From the NCBI GenBank assembly GCA_963737905.1, contig CAVTUQ010000004.1, positions 96,001-160,000 of the forward strand: a DNA stretch of 64,000 nt. The letters are read 5' to 3'. Position 1 is the first letter of the stretch, and the number at the start of each line of letters is the position of its first letter. Shown piece after piece: positions 9,942 to 20,118 of this stretch. The notes under the pieces are model-generated. The model did not search any database and was not told the DNA's origin. It saw nothing but the letters and a program-made list of their open reading frames with translations. A program made the translations under genes and the position numbers. Source of the DNA: an uncultured delta proteobacterium (GTDB lineage Bacteria > Desulfobacterota > Binatia > UBA9968).

Positions 9942-11825
9942 ATGAAGCCAAGCATCGCCCCGAACCACGGATTAGTCTCGCTTGTCGCGTTATTCTTGCT
10001 AATGCTCGTTGGCGTCGCCGGCACTGCCGGCGCACAAATAACGCCACCCAAGTGCCCTTCAAAGGAATGCAGCAAGGTAATTACGTTCTATAACAATACT
10101 CCAACCGCGATCTTTCCGGTGATTCAGGCTGGGTTTCAGAATCCTGATCCCTGGTTGCAAGCGCTTTTCAGCGATGACACGAAACCTTATGCGGAAACCC
10201 ATTATTCCCGGGTGTATATCAATCCCGTTAATGGCGTTCCGCCCGGAGGTCACGTATCGGTTACGGTTCCATGGTACTCTGAGCTTTCGCAGGACGTCGA
10301 CCAGTTTATCGACTGGTACAATGGTGGTCGCATCTATATCTTTGATAGCGCAGCAGCTCTCAGCGCGGCGCACGAAGCGGACAAGAACAGTCCGCTCTCC
10401 GTAACCGCGAACTCTCCGGTCGTTTCTTGTGAGGATTGCGAGCAGCCGTTGACTATCTACAAAGATCCCCTCGCTTTCCCGCCAAGCATTCCGTTCCAAT
10501 TGGTGGAGTACACCTTTGCCGACGTCGGGACTCCGGCTGGCGCTAAGCCCCATATCATAGATTTAAATGTCGGCTATAACGTTTCTTATCTCGATCAGAT
10601 ATACCTGCCGGTCGCCCTGGCGCCGTGTCGCACCGAGCCGTGCGACCGTCCGGATCCCACTGCCGTGGGCTATCTAGGCACGGTTCAAGCCGTGAATGAT
10701 TTCCGATCGACACTTACGCAATTTTCTAATACCCAAGGCTGGCCTCTATACAACGATCGGCTAGACGATGCCACGCGCCCACGACTTCCTGGGACCTACA
10801 ACCTCCTTGTTGATAGGGTAAATGTCGTAGAGAACCACCAACCATCGCAGTTCACCGCGCCCGGTGTAGCCGTAAAAAACTTGATCAATCAATGGAATAT
10901 CTGCACTTCCAACGCGGCTAACATGAACAATTGTCCACAATTTAGGATTTATCAGGAAATCAATAACTATTTCAGAGCTAATTACGCGCTATATAGAAAA
11001 GCAAACAGTGCTGACTGCCCGCCGTCGGCCTCTTATCCTATCCCCGCAACGCTAACGCCCCTTAACATCATGCCGTATGTTTATGGTTGGGTGCCGTTTA
11101 ATTCCGGATGTCCACCGTCTTTCAATGCTCTCAAAACATCCCCGGGGCCGGAACAGGTTTTCGACCAGGCATTATTCGATTATGTCCACAGCCTGCAGTA
11201 CAACTACCGGAGCGCGAAGCAAAAGCAACAATTTTTTAATCCATTCGTAGCCCTGGTTCATGGTCAGCTCGAGGCAAATGGCTACGCATTCTCTGTAGAT
11301 GACGCCGTCGGTTTTCAAAATCACCCTGCCGAGGGGCTTATCGTTGCGGTCGGAGGGGCGTCTGGATTGCCGAACGGGCAGCCGGTTGTACCGCCTCCGG
11401 ACTTCACGACGGATTTCGTGGTGAGTCTGGGAGATTCGAAAGCCCAGCAAAGGCCAATGTGGACAAGTTACGGGATATGCAAGAACTCCGCGGATACGCA
11501 ATTCCCGCCTCTGGCACCGGGCGCACCGGTAGATACCCCGCAAATTATTGTCGATACCGTCGCGTATCAGATTTCGCCGACGCAGCCGTGTACCATAACC
11601 GTCACCGATGCCGCCAACAGGAAATACCAATTCACCATACGAATGCCGGTACCGTGGCCGTCCCATTCGGGGACGGGTTTCGACGCGCAGGTCATGACCT
11701 GCGTCAACAAAAATGACGGCTGGTGTACTAATATCAACGAGTTGTCGACGCCGGACCCCAACCCGCAATTTGTTCTCTTTACACCGCCACCGCTGGCTCC
11801 CACGAGGGCGCGGCCGAAGCGGTAA
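9942..11825 (+). CDS. Large secreted Cys/Pro-rich protein, possibly GH64/thaumatin-like
   Basis: AGGAG RBS, signal peptide, YNVSYLD and GYAFSVDD motifs. Confidence 0.65.
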   Translation: MKPSIAPNHGLVSLVALFLLMLVGVAGTAGAQITPPKCPSKECSKVITFYNNTPTAIFPVIQAGFQNPDPWLQALFSDDTKPYAETHYSRVYINPVNGVPPGGHVSVTVPWYSELSQDVDQFIDWYNGGRIYIFDSAAALSAAHEADKNSPLSVTANSPVVSCEDCEQPLTIYKDPLAFPPSIPFQLVEYTFADVGTPAGAKPHIIDLNVGYNVSYLDQIYLPVALAPCRTEPCDRPDPTAVGYLGTVQAVNDFRSTLTQFSNTQGWPLYNDRLDDATRPRLPGTYNLLVDRVNVVENHQPSQFTAPGVAVKNLINQWNICTSNAANMNNCPQFRIYQEINNYFRANYALYRKANSADCPPSASYPIPATLTPLNIMPYVYGWVPFNSGCPPSFNALKTSPGPEQVFDQALFDYVHSLQYNYRSAKQKQQFFNPFVALVHGQLEANGYAFSVDDAVGFQNHPAEGLIVAVGGASGLPNGQPVVPPPDFTTDFVVSLGDSKAQQRPMWTSYGICKNSADTQFPPLAPGAPVDTPQIIVDTVAYQISPTQPCTITVTDAANRKYQFTIRMPVPWPSHSGTGFDAQVMTCVNKNDGWCTNINELSTPDPNPQFVLFTPPPLAPTRARPKR

Positions 11826-11963
11826 GGGCGGACTGGAAAGGGATGCGTGGCGGCGCAGCTTGGCCCAAAGCGATTTGCGAAGCTACCTCGTGCACTGTTC
11901 GAATAGAGTATATTCTTCAACGACGGTGCCGCGGCCGGTCAGCTGGAAAACCGCTCCCGAATT

Positions 11964-13016
11964 TCAACGGATCTGAAAGATTTCCTTCCACGTTTTCTCG
12001 TACTTCGGAAACTCTCTGACATCGTCGATGGTCAGCATGTAAGGTGTCGTAGGCCGGGTTTTTTCCAGAGGTTCCACTTTGGGATGAGCAGGAGTTTCAC
12101 CCGCTTGAGCATAAACCTTCTGTCCTTCTTCACTGACGACCCAGCGAACCCAGAGTAGCGCGGCGTTGGGATGCGGGGCTCCCTTCATTACCATCACAGA
12201 GCCGCCGACTTCCCCCACACCTTCCGTCATTAGCGGTTGAATCGGGGCGCCTTTTTTCATGCGCGCAGGAAAATGGTGCGAGTAACAAGTGAAACAAATG
12301 GCGCGCTGGCCGGCCAGCAGAAACTCGGTCAGTTGCGAATGGCCCCGATGAAACTCCACTTGATTGGCGGCTATTTTTCTGAACAGATCGATCGCCTTTT
12401 CATCGCTATTGTATTTTCGTTTGGCAAATCCGACCAGCATCTGGTAATCGCGCGGCTCGCCCATGATGTTATCTTTCCATTTAGGGTTGGCGATTTCTTC
12501 ATAGGTTTTTGGCTCCTCGCCTTTCTTGACCAGATTCGTGTTCCATCCCGCAATATAGTATTGCGTATCCGTGGCGACCCAAAGGTCGCCTTTCAGCTGG
12601 GCCGGATATGCCGCTGCCTCGGGAATCACGACGTGCTCTACGATTTTCAGGTCCAGGATCTGCGGCAAGTAGGTCAGCGCTCCGCTTATGACGTCGGCAA
12701 TGACCCGGCCTCCCTTCTGCTCGGCGAGCACTCGCGCGATCAGCTTATCGCTCGTGGCGTCGATATGATCGACCGTAACGCCGGGAAAGCGCTTCATGAA
12801 CGCAGGCGGAATCACCGACATCGCGCTAGGGGATAGCGGCGCATAAAGCGTAATCTTTCCTTCCTTTTTTGCTTTCTCATAAAGTTGATCGAGTGAATCC
12901 GCTGCGGCCGCGAAAAGCTTGCCGGCAGGCGCGCCGCAGATAATGAGGGCCAAGGCGATGGTCGACACAAAGGTTGCGGATCCGATCGAACTCGATAAAT
13001 TTGCCTTGTGATTCAT
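11964..13016 (-). CDS. Extracellular solute-binding protein
   Basis: Paralog of 1634-2689; GGAG RBS before ATG13016. Confidence 0.85.
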   Translation of the reverse strand: MNHKANLSSSIGSATFVSTIALALIICGAPAGKLFAAAADSLDQLYEKAKKEGKITLYAPLSPSAMSVIPPAFMKRFPGVTVDHIDATSDKLIARVLAEQKGGRVIADVISGALTYLPQILDLKIVEHVVIPEAAAYPAQLKGDLWVATDTQYYIAGWNTNLVKKGEEPKTYEEIANPKWKDNIMGEPRDYQMLVGFAKRKYNSDEKAIDLFRKIAANQVEFHRGHSQLTEFLLAGQRAICFTCYSHHFPARMKKGAPIQPLMTEGVGEVGGSVMVMKGAPHPNAALLWVRWVVSEEGQKVYAQAGETPAHPKVEPLEKTRPTTPYMLTIDDVREFPKYEKTWKEIFQIR

Positions 13017-13389
13017 TTCACTTCTCCGTGATTTTTGTTCCATGGTTCTGAGCCAATATCCGAGGAAAACTTTCCTTGCTTGCGGACACGTTTGTGAACC
13101 GGTCTCTGCAACTCCTCCATGTCGGAAAACACCGACGATGTCAAACCTTACGCCAGGCACCGAGACCACGCCACCACCATGCTATGGTCTTTCCGGCCTT
13201 AGCGGCTTGCTTTCATCTCTACCGCCGTCACGTGTTATATCAGTCGGAAGAAAAAATCCTCAAGACTCGCGGGCCGGCAACCGAACTCGCGCGCAAGCTT
13301 CTCGACTAAAAGGCGGCCCGTGAAAATCATGGAGGATGGGCGAGCTTCGGGCACGCCGTTCTATGCTGAGACTCAAAAAGCCGGTTGCC

Positions 13390-13824
13390 TTACCCCACGA
13401 GCGGATTGACGACGGTGAGTGTCGGAAAGCGGCTGAAGTCGCGATCGGAAGTCCACAACTCGCGGACGCCATGATCGCGGCAGACCGCGGCGATGCGAGC
13501 ATCATGGACTTGAGGACCACTGATGCGGCCGTGCTCAAGGAGGGAGCGAAGCTCCGGCCAGTAGCCTTCGGTCTCTGCCAACAGGACCAAACTCGGCGAC
13601 TCAAACCAGGCTTCGATTTGATCGATGGCGGCGGCGATCGGGGTGGGCGGCGAATAAATACGCGGGTGAGTTACGATGGCAAGAAATTCATGTATACAGG
13701 GCCACGGGATCGCCCAAGGAGACTTCGCTTCAGCGAGTTCCGTGATCTTGGTCAGGGCCGCATCATGCCACGGCGAGTCCTCGCGATGAGCGTAGACGAG
13801 CAAATTGGTATCGACGGCGATCAT
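13390..13824 (-). CDS. vapC: PIN-domain toxin VapC
   Basis: IAVDTNLLVYA, HDARIAA, TSDRDF. Confidence 0.9.
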   Translation of the reverse strand: MIAVDTNLLVYAHREDSPWHDAALTKITELAEAKSPWAIPWPCIHEFLAIVTHPRIYSPPTPIAAAIDQIEAWFESPSLVLLAETEGYWPELRSLLEHGRISGPQVHDARIAAVCRDHGVRELWTSDRDFSRFPTLTVVNPLVG

Positions 13825-14066
13825 CCGCCCCTTCCCTGGTAAATCGCTTCACGAATTCGTTCCCACGTTGCATCTTGCACCCCGGGCTGAAGCCCCTTGC
13901 CCTTGAACGCCGCCTTCCGGAGCCGAAACACACCGCGACTTTTTCGTTCCGCGACGATTCGCCTGAGACCCTGCTCGACGTATGCCCGAACCGTCGTCCC
14001 TTCCTTTGCGGCGAGTCTCTTGGCCTCGTCCAAAAGTGAATCTGATATCTCTATGGTTGTCTTCAT
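13821..14066 (-). CDS. vapB: VapB-type antitoxin
   Basis: MKTTIEISDSLL..AK..A; ATGA overlap with vapC. Confidence 0.85.
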   Translation of the reverse strand: MKTTIEISDSLLDEAKRLAAKEGTTVRAYVEQGLRRIVAERKSRGVFRLRKAAFKGKGLQPGVQDATWERIREAIYQGRGG

Positions 14067-14360
14067 ATGGGTATATGTATCATTGTATATGGCTGTACAT
14101 CAAGTCGGCAGGCGCGTAGGAGCGGCACAGGTCAGGCCGACGCGGTTGACCGAGAGTTGCGACTCCGTATAAGTTACACGTTAGCGGCGGATCAGATCGA
14201 GAGGTGCTGGTGAGAAATCAGTGGACACGAACGGGGCGAATAATTGCGTTCCTCGTTCGGGGTAACGCTGAGATTCTAAGGGCGATTGGCGACCGTTTGT
14301 CGAGCTGATTGAGAGGGCTCGTAAGTGGGGATGCTCTTGACAACGAAGATCGGAGGCAAT

Positions 14361-14915
14361 ATGGGCAGCGAACAAAGAGGACCTGAAGTCGGAGAGCGTG
14401 CTCCGGAGTTTTTCGTCAAGGTGGGGAGCGACAGATTGGCATTGAGCCAACTCGCAGCCCGTCATGACAAGCTGGTTCTCACGAGCCAAGACAGCTATCG
14501 GTATCACCCCAACTGAGCCGCCAGTGTCGCTGCTTCGTTGAAGCAGGACTACGCGAAGATCGTTCGGGCCGGCGCTGAGTTGGTCATGATCTCGCCGGAT
14601 TCTCGGGAACAACACCACCAATACGCGTTTACACTTTTCGGCGAGGAGCTGCCTTACCTTTTCGTTTCAGATGGAGATTTCGAAATCGCGCGGTGCTACG
14701 GTCTGATCCGCCAAGAGGAACATCCCCACGGCGGCTTCTATGATCGCTCGCTCTGGATCTTGGATCCCGACGGCGTAATCACCCATAAGAGTCTTCCCTG
14801 GACAGGGAACGCCAGCATCAAAGAGTATCAAAAGTTGTTCAGCCTGATCGGCAGCGATCCGGGAGAATGGCGGGCCACCTGCGGCGTTCGGTTTGAAAGG
14901 GGCCACACTGAGTGA
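14361..14915 (+). CDS. Predicted selenoprotein, AhpC/TSA-like, Sec52 (TGA 14514-14516), 184 aa
   Basis: ORFs 14325-14516 and 14538-14915 are in frame; GGAGG RBS; VGERAPEF...HPN-U...ELVMISPDS..PYLFVSD..RSLWILDPDG; hairpin follows the TGA. Confidence 0.75.
14530..14546 (+). promoter_or_regulatory. SECIS-like hairpin
   Basis: CTGCTTC-GTT-GAAGCAG, perfect 7-bp stem 13 nt after the TGA. Confidence 0.7.
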
Positions 14916-15080
14916 AGGGTAAACGGCCGAGGATCATGTCTACCTGCACGTAGCTAAGAAGACCAAATCAAGACTAGCATTTGACGGCAACGCTGACGCG
15001 CCGACGAACCGTAGCCCCGAGCTACCCATTGTCAGAAAATCCGACCCTAACTAATAGGACTCCCTCGCGCGCCTTTGCGT

Positions 15081-16325
15081 TTATTGCCGTGCGACGATGC
15101 GGCTCGGCGTTACCAAAATAATCCGGTTCGTACTCGTTTGATGGATCAGCAGGTTCCCGTCCCGCGTCGGCCTCATGTGCCTCAAGATGCCGCCGTAAAT
15201 TCCTCCAGAGGGGATGGCCCAGCTCTGGAATCGCTCCGTTTTAGGATCGAAACGGACGAGCGCATCCGGCCTCTGCCCGGACTCATTGTACCAAACGATA
15301 CCGTCCACGACCGCGATGGCGTAGGGATGGGATTTTGGCCCGCTGGGAGAAGGCCATTCCTTGATATCGCCCGTTTTCGGATCCAACCGGCCCAGACGCC
15401 CCATACCGGAATTGACATACCAGATCATACCGTCCTTCGCGATATCAAGGCGCCGCACCGTTGTCTTGGCATCGGGCAAGGGGTATTCCCGGATTGCCAT
15501 CGTGTCGGGATCAACTTTCAGCAGACAGTTGCCGCCGTTGCAGGCGACCCACAGGCTGCCGTCGGAGCTCACCTTGATCCCGTATGGCCGCGAATTTGGC
15601 CTCGCCACCTTTACCAGCTTGATATCGCCTGTCGCCGGGATCAAGCGGCCCACCATGTTGCTTACCTGCAAGGTGAACCACAGCGTCCCCTTCTTGTCGA
15701 AGACCGCAGTGTGTGGATCGCGGGCGGCGGGGTCGGGCATTTTGTACTCGGTGATCCTCCCGGTGCGCGGATCGAGTTTGCCGATCGTCCCGTTGCTGTT
15801 CCCCGTGTACCAGATGTTCCCTTCCTGGTCGGGAGTCACGGTGTGGGGCTTGGCGTTTTCCGGCAAGGAGTATTCCCAGACTTCGCCCGTTTCGGGATTG
15901 AGCCGTCCGACGAGGTTACCCCACATCCCAGCCCACCAGATTGACCCATCCGGCGCCTCGACGGGATCGCGGGCCCGTTGCCCGAGCGTCGGAACTTTCC
16001 ATTCCCGAAATGTTATCGATGTCTCGCCGGGCACCAGATTGGGCTTTAGTTGGGTTCCCGCGGGAAAATGCGTCGCCAGATATTTGGTTATCGTCTCGCC
16101 GGCCGCGTTGCCGGACAAATTCACCATCGACTGGATCAATTCCTGCCAGCCTTCACGGCTGTATCCGGAACTTCTCGTAATCAGGTTGGTCTCGTGACAT
16201 GCAGTGCAGAGGTTTTGGACTAGCTGCTTACCCTCGCCATCGGGCAATTGTTGACCCTGCGCCGTGATGGGGCCGATCATAAACAAAAACGCTCCCGCCA
16301 ATAATACGGTTAATGCTCTGTTCAT
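15081..16325 (-). CDS. Cytochrome c domain fused to a Vgb (virginiamycin B lyase)-like beta-propeller
   Basis: Signal peptide, CTACH heme motif, repeated G.IW..G..G.L.P.TG...E blades. Confidence 0.85.
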   Translation of the reverse strand: MNRALTVLLAGAFLFMIGPITAQGQQLPDGEGKQLVQNLCTACHETNLITRSSGYSREGWQELIQSMVNLSGNAAGETITKYLATHFPAGTQLKPNLVPGETSITFREWKVPTLGQRARDPVEAPDGSIWWAGMWGNLVGRLNPETGEVWEYSLPENAKPHTVTPDQEGNIWYTGNSNGTIGKLDPRTGRITEYKMPDPAARDPHTAVFDKKGTLWFTLQVSNMVGRLIPATGDIKLVKVARPNSRPYGIKVSSDGSLWVACNGGNCLLKVDPDTMAIREYPLPDAKTTVRRLDIAKDGMIWYVNSGMGRLGRLDPKTGDIKEWPSPSGPKSHPYAIAVVDGIVWYNESGQRPDALVRFDPKTERFQSWAIPSGGIYGGILRHMRPTRDGNLLIHQTSTNRIILVTPSRIVARQ

Positions 16326-16515
16326 GGCTTCCTCCACAGCTAAATTAAAGATACTTCACTCTACACCTGTACGGTCTGAGTATACAAAGGATACCAATGG
16401 GGTGACCGAAGCTCCGGCCAGTGTCTTCGGTATCTGCTCGGCGAGTTAAACCGGCGAGCGAACCGGACCAAGAGGCTCTTAACTTCCAAACGCATCGTTG
16501 TGAAAGGAGTCGCAA

Positions 16516-17557
16516 CTAACCAACCTCAACGGTTTCCCGGGGAGCGACTGTAGGCACGGCCTGCCCGCGGTAAGCTAACGGCGTCGAGCCGGTCCAACGT
16601 TTAAAGGCACGGTTGAAAGCGCTAGCCTCGGAATAACCCAACAGAAAGGCTATCTCCGTAAGCGTGTGACTGCGGTTTCCGAGATAGCTCAGCGCGAATC
16701 GCCGGCGGGTATCGGCGACGAGTTTCTTAAAATCCATTCCTCGCTGCTTCAGTTGCCGCTGCAGCGTGCGCGGACTCATCGCCATTTTCTTTGCCACCCG
16801 TGTGAGATTCGGGTGTCCTTCCCTCATCGACTCGGCAACTGCTCTTCGAGCGGACGCGAGCACTTCGTCTTCTTGCGGCATCTCTTCCAGGACCCGTTCA
16901 AGGTATCGCCTCATGATCTCGTAAAGCCGTTCGTCAGCGGCGGGTACCTGCCGCTCGAGAAACTCACGCTCGATAACAAAAGCATTGGTGGAATAGCCGA
17001 ACAGAACGGGCGCGCGAAAAATTCGCTGGTGCTCTGAGATCTGCTCCGGGGCCGCGTGCGCAAAACGGACCTCGAGCGGTGCCCACTGGCTTCCCACCAT
17101 CATCCGAATCGTGTTAAGCCTGATCGCCATACTGTACTCGTTTTCTTGGCGCGGGACATCGATTCCTAAATCCTGAGAGAACGTATTGAAGGTAGGCTCG
17201 CTGTTCATCAACGGTAAAGAACACCTTGGCCGCCTGGTTATAGAGTTTCAAGTATCTTGCTACGTGGCCATCCGCAACCGCGATGGTGGGGGAATTCAAG
17301 ACGACATAGGTCAACGGACCGATATTTTTGAGATTGAAACGCTCGCCAAAGTGTAACCCAAAGCAAGCATCGCCTGTCGCCCGGGCAGCTTCCTCTAGAA
17401 TCCGCGCAAACGTGGAACAAGGGATAAAGCTTTCCGCGTTAGACAGAACCGCGCGATCCAAGCCCAGTACGCGCAGGACCTGATCAGGGTTCGCACCTGC
17501 GCTATCAATGGCCTCGAGTAGGCCAGTAGCCGCGGCCACTGAGATCATCGGCCTCAT
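16516..17557 (-). CDS. AraC family regulator, one frameshift near 17165
   Basis: N-terminal ligand domain (17114-17557) plus MSPRTLQRQL...EIAFLLGYSEASAFNRAFKRWTG. Confidence 0.8.
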
Positions 17558-17706
17558 GCGCGGTCAGTCTTTCTTAGTTTTGCCGCTTAGGGCTGCAAAA
17601 AATTGTATCGTAACGGCACGAATCAGGCTTGCTCCAAGCGATGCGGTCGCACGACAACTTCGATCAAACGGCCCGCCGACACCAAGATTTAGTGTGCGCG
17701 CTTATC

Positions 17707-18792
17707 TCAGTTCGCTTTCCGGCCAGCCGGCGCCGAGACCGGACGATCTAGTTGGAAATACTCTTTCCCGTTATGATAAGCGATCTTCTCCTTGGTCTTC
17801 CGGGAAAGATCCGGATGATTCCACAGGTACTTCAAGTTCTTGGGGAACTCACCGTCCCAGTGAGGAATATCGGACGCGTAGAGAAAGTGGTCGTCGCCGA
17901 CATACTCGATGGTCTGAGGCAGGAGTCGCTCCTCGGCCTCGAGACTAAAATAAACGCGGGACTCACGCACCACCTCGCTGGGTTTTTTCTTTAGATGAGG
18001 CGCCTCGAACTCGCCCCGCAATTCCCAGTGCTCGTCCATGCGGTCCAGCCAGTAGGGGAGCCAGCTGGCGCCGATTTCAAGAAAGGCCAGGCGGAGCTTG
18101 GGGAAGCGCACCGGCACCCCCTGGAAAATCATGCTGGTGAAATGCAGAAAGATGCCGACCGGGAATGTGTAGCAGTGCACCTCGGCGAAGGTTCTGAGCG
18201 CGCCCGCGCCGACCTCGGCCGAAGAGCTGCGGTTGCCGTGGACGGAGAGCGGCACGTCGAGCCGCTGTGCCTCTTCATAGAGCGGGTCGTACATCGGATC
18301 GCCGAGCGCCGTGGGCAAACCCATGGAAAGCAGCTCGAAGCTCACCAGGCCCAATTCAGTAACGCCCCGGCGGAGCTCCTTGGCGGCCTCCTGCGGCCAT
18401 TTGAGTGGTAGCACGCCGACGCAGTGGATGCGGCCGGACAGCGCGTTGTACTCCTTGGCGAAGTGATCGTTGGCGGCGCGGCAAGCGGCGACGCAAAACT
18501 CCGGCTCGCGAAGCTTCGGGATATTGCCGGAGCCGGTAGGGAAGAGCACCGCCTCTTCGATGTTGTATTCGTCCATGATCTTGAGCCAGGTCTCGACCTG
18601 CTGCGCCGGACTCATGCCGCGATCGTAGCCGCGGTAGCCGAGGGTATCAAAAAGGTCCGTGTCGAAGGGCTGATCGGAGGGCCAGAGGCCCGTGTTGCGG
18701 CGGTTCCACGGTGGCTCCAAATATTTGCGGATGTCGCTTTGGCGTTCCAACACATGCCCATCGGCATCTATTACTGGCGGCCAGTCAGCCAT
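17707..18792 (-). CDS. Amidohydrolase_2 family protein
   Basis: IDADGHVLE, SVHG, FLEIG, YASDIPHWD. Confidence 0.9.
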   Translation of the reverse strand: MADWPPVIDADGHVLERQSDIRKYLEPPWNRRNTGLWPSDQPFDTDLFDTLGYRGYDRGMSPAQQVETWLKIMDEYNIEEAVLFPTGSGNIPKLREPEFCVAACRAANDHFAKEYNALSGRIHCVGVLPLKWPQEAAKELRRGVTELGLVSFELLSMGLPTALGDPMYDPLYEEAQRLDVPLSVHGNRSSSAEVGAGALRTFAEVHCYTFPVGIFLHFTSMIFQGVPVRFPKLRLAFLEIGASWLPYWLDRMDEHWELRGEFEAPHLKKKPSEVVRESRVYFSLEAEERLLPQTIEYVGDDHFLYASDIPHWDGEFPKNLKYLWNHPDLSRKTKEKIAYHNGKEYFQLDRPVSAPAGRKAN

Positions 18793-18928
18793 GTTCCTTC
18801 CTCCTTACAATTGTCTTTTGAGTTTACGGCGCCGATCCTATCACCACGCCAGGACGTGTCAACTGTTTAGGGTTCACGGTCGCAAAACCCTTGGGTCCGC
18901 TCAAGCGGTTCTGAAGGGTGCTCGCAGG

Positions 18929-19876
18929 TTATTCTGGATGGCTCCTCAGCCAGTCGATGTACTCTTCTACAGCCCGCTTGATGTCGTACTTTGGCCGGTA
19001 GCCCGCTTCTTCCTTGATCCGGGTGATATCCATGTAAGCATTCGGTCGGTATTGCGGATTACGCCCGGGTTGCAGACTGACCTGGGCATCGGGGACCGCC
19101 GCTTTCACTGCCGCGACAAACTCTCCGTACGTCATCGGCCTCTCGCTGCCGATGTTATAGATTCGGTGCGACAGTTTGTCAGCCATCTGGAGGAGCTGGA
19201 TTGCCGCGGCGCAGTCCTTGACATAAAAAGCGCCGGTATCGTCCTCTTCATACGGCGCACCGCGTCGCGCGCCGGTAAAATCGGTGGGCATCCCTTTGGC
19301 CGCCGCATGACATATTCGACTGGTGGGGGCGGCAAGGCTGTGGTAAAGCGGGCCGAACGGGTTACCGATGCGCAACGCCACCACCTCGAGATTCGTCCGG
19401 GAGGCGTAGTGGAGTCCGAGGATCTCCAGCGCCTTTTTGAATGTCTCGGTGGGATAGCCGGAGTGTACGGGCAAAAGCGCTTCTTCGCGGAACGGCCCTT
19501 CGGGGAGGCTCGCATAGACAGCGATGGAGCTGGCCAAGCTTACGCGCCTGACATCGAATAACCTGGCGGCCTCGAGGATATTTAAAAACCCCATCACGTT
19601 GACTCGGTAATCCTCTGCCGCGGATAAGACCCCCAGGCCGGGCACGGCGAGGTGGACGATGCCGTTGACCTTGCGCCTTCGCACTAGATCGATCACGTCG
19701 TGGCCGGCTGTGACATCCAGCGTCTCGATAAATGCGCGTTTGCCGATCTCGCTCTTGATGAAATCAGGCTGCCGCCGCATCTTATAATGGGTGAGCACCA
19801 CCTGCTCGCCGACATCCAGGAAGCGCCTGGCCGTGTGGAGGCCGATAAATCCCAGGCCACCGGTGATCAGAATCAC
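18929..19876 (-). CDS. NAD-dependent epimerase/dehydratase family
   Basis: ILITGGLGFIG, SSIAVY, YVKDCA, YNIGS. Confidence 0.9.
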   Translation of the reverse strand: MILITGGLGFIGLHTARRFLDVGEQVVLTHYKMRRQPDFIKSEIGKRAFIETLDVTAGHDVIDLVRRRKVNGIVHLAVPGLGVLSAAEDYRVNVMGFLNILEAARLFDVRRVSLASSIAVYASLPEGPFREEALLPVHSGYPTETFKKALEILGLHYASRTNLEVVALRIGNPFGPLYHSLAAPTSRICHAAAKGMPTDFTGARRGAPYEEDDTGAFYVKDCAAAIQLLQMADKLSHRIYNIGSERPMTYGEFVAAVKAAVPDAQVSLQPGRNPQYRPNAYMDITRIKEEAGYRPKYDIKRAVEEYIDWLRSHPE

Positions 19877-20118
19877 GCCGCCTCCTCGACCCGCATTTCA
19901 AACTCTGCGCCGGCTTTTTTGTCGTTCGTTCAACGTCCACACGACTGTGATCAATTCACATGTTTGCTCAATCGCGCAAATTGGCAACGGTGGAATTGCC
20001 TTCACGGTTTCTAGGTCGATTATGGTATGAGAAATTCTAATTCTCTCTAGCGCCTGCTAAACCCAACTCGGAAACTGGACTCTGCAGCGATCCGAACACA
20101 CAAAAGCAAGCGTCTCAT

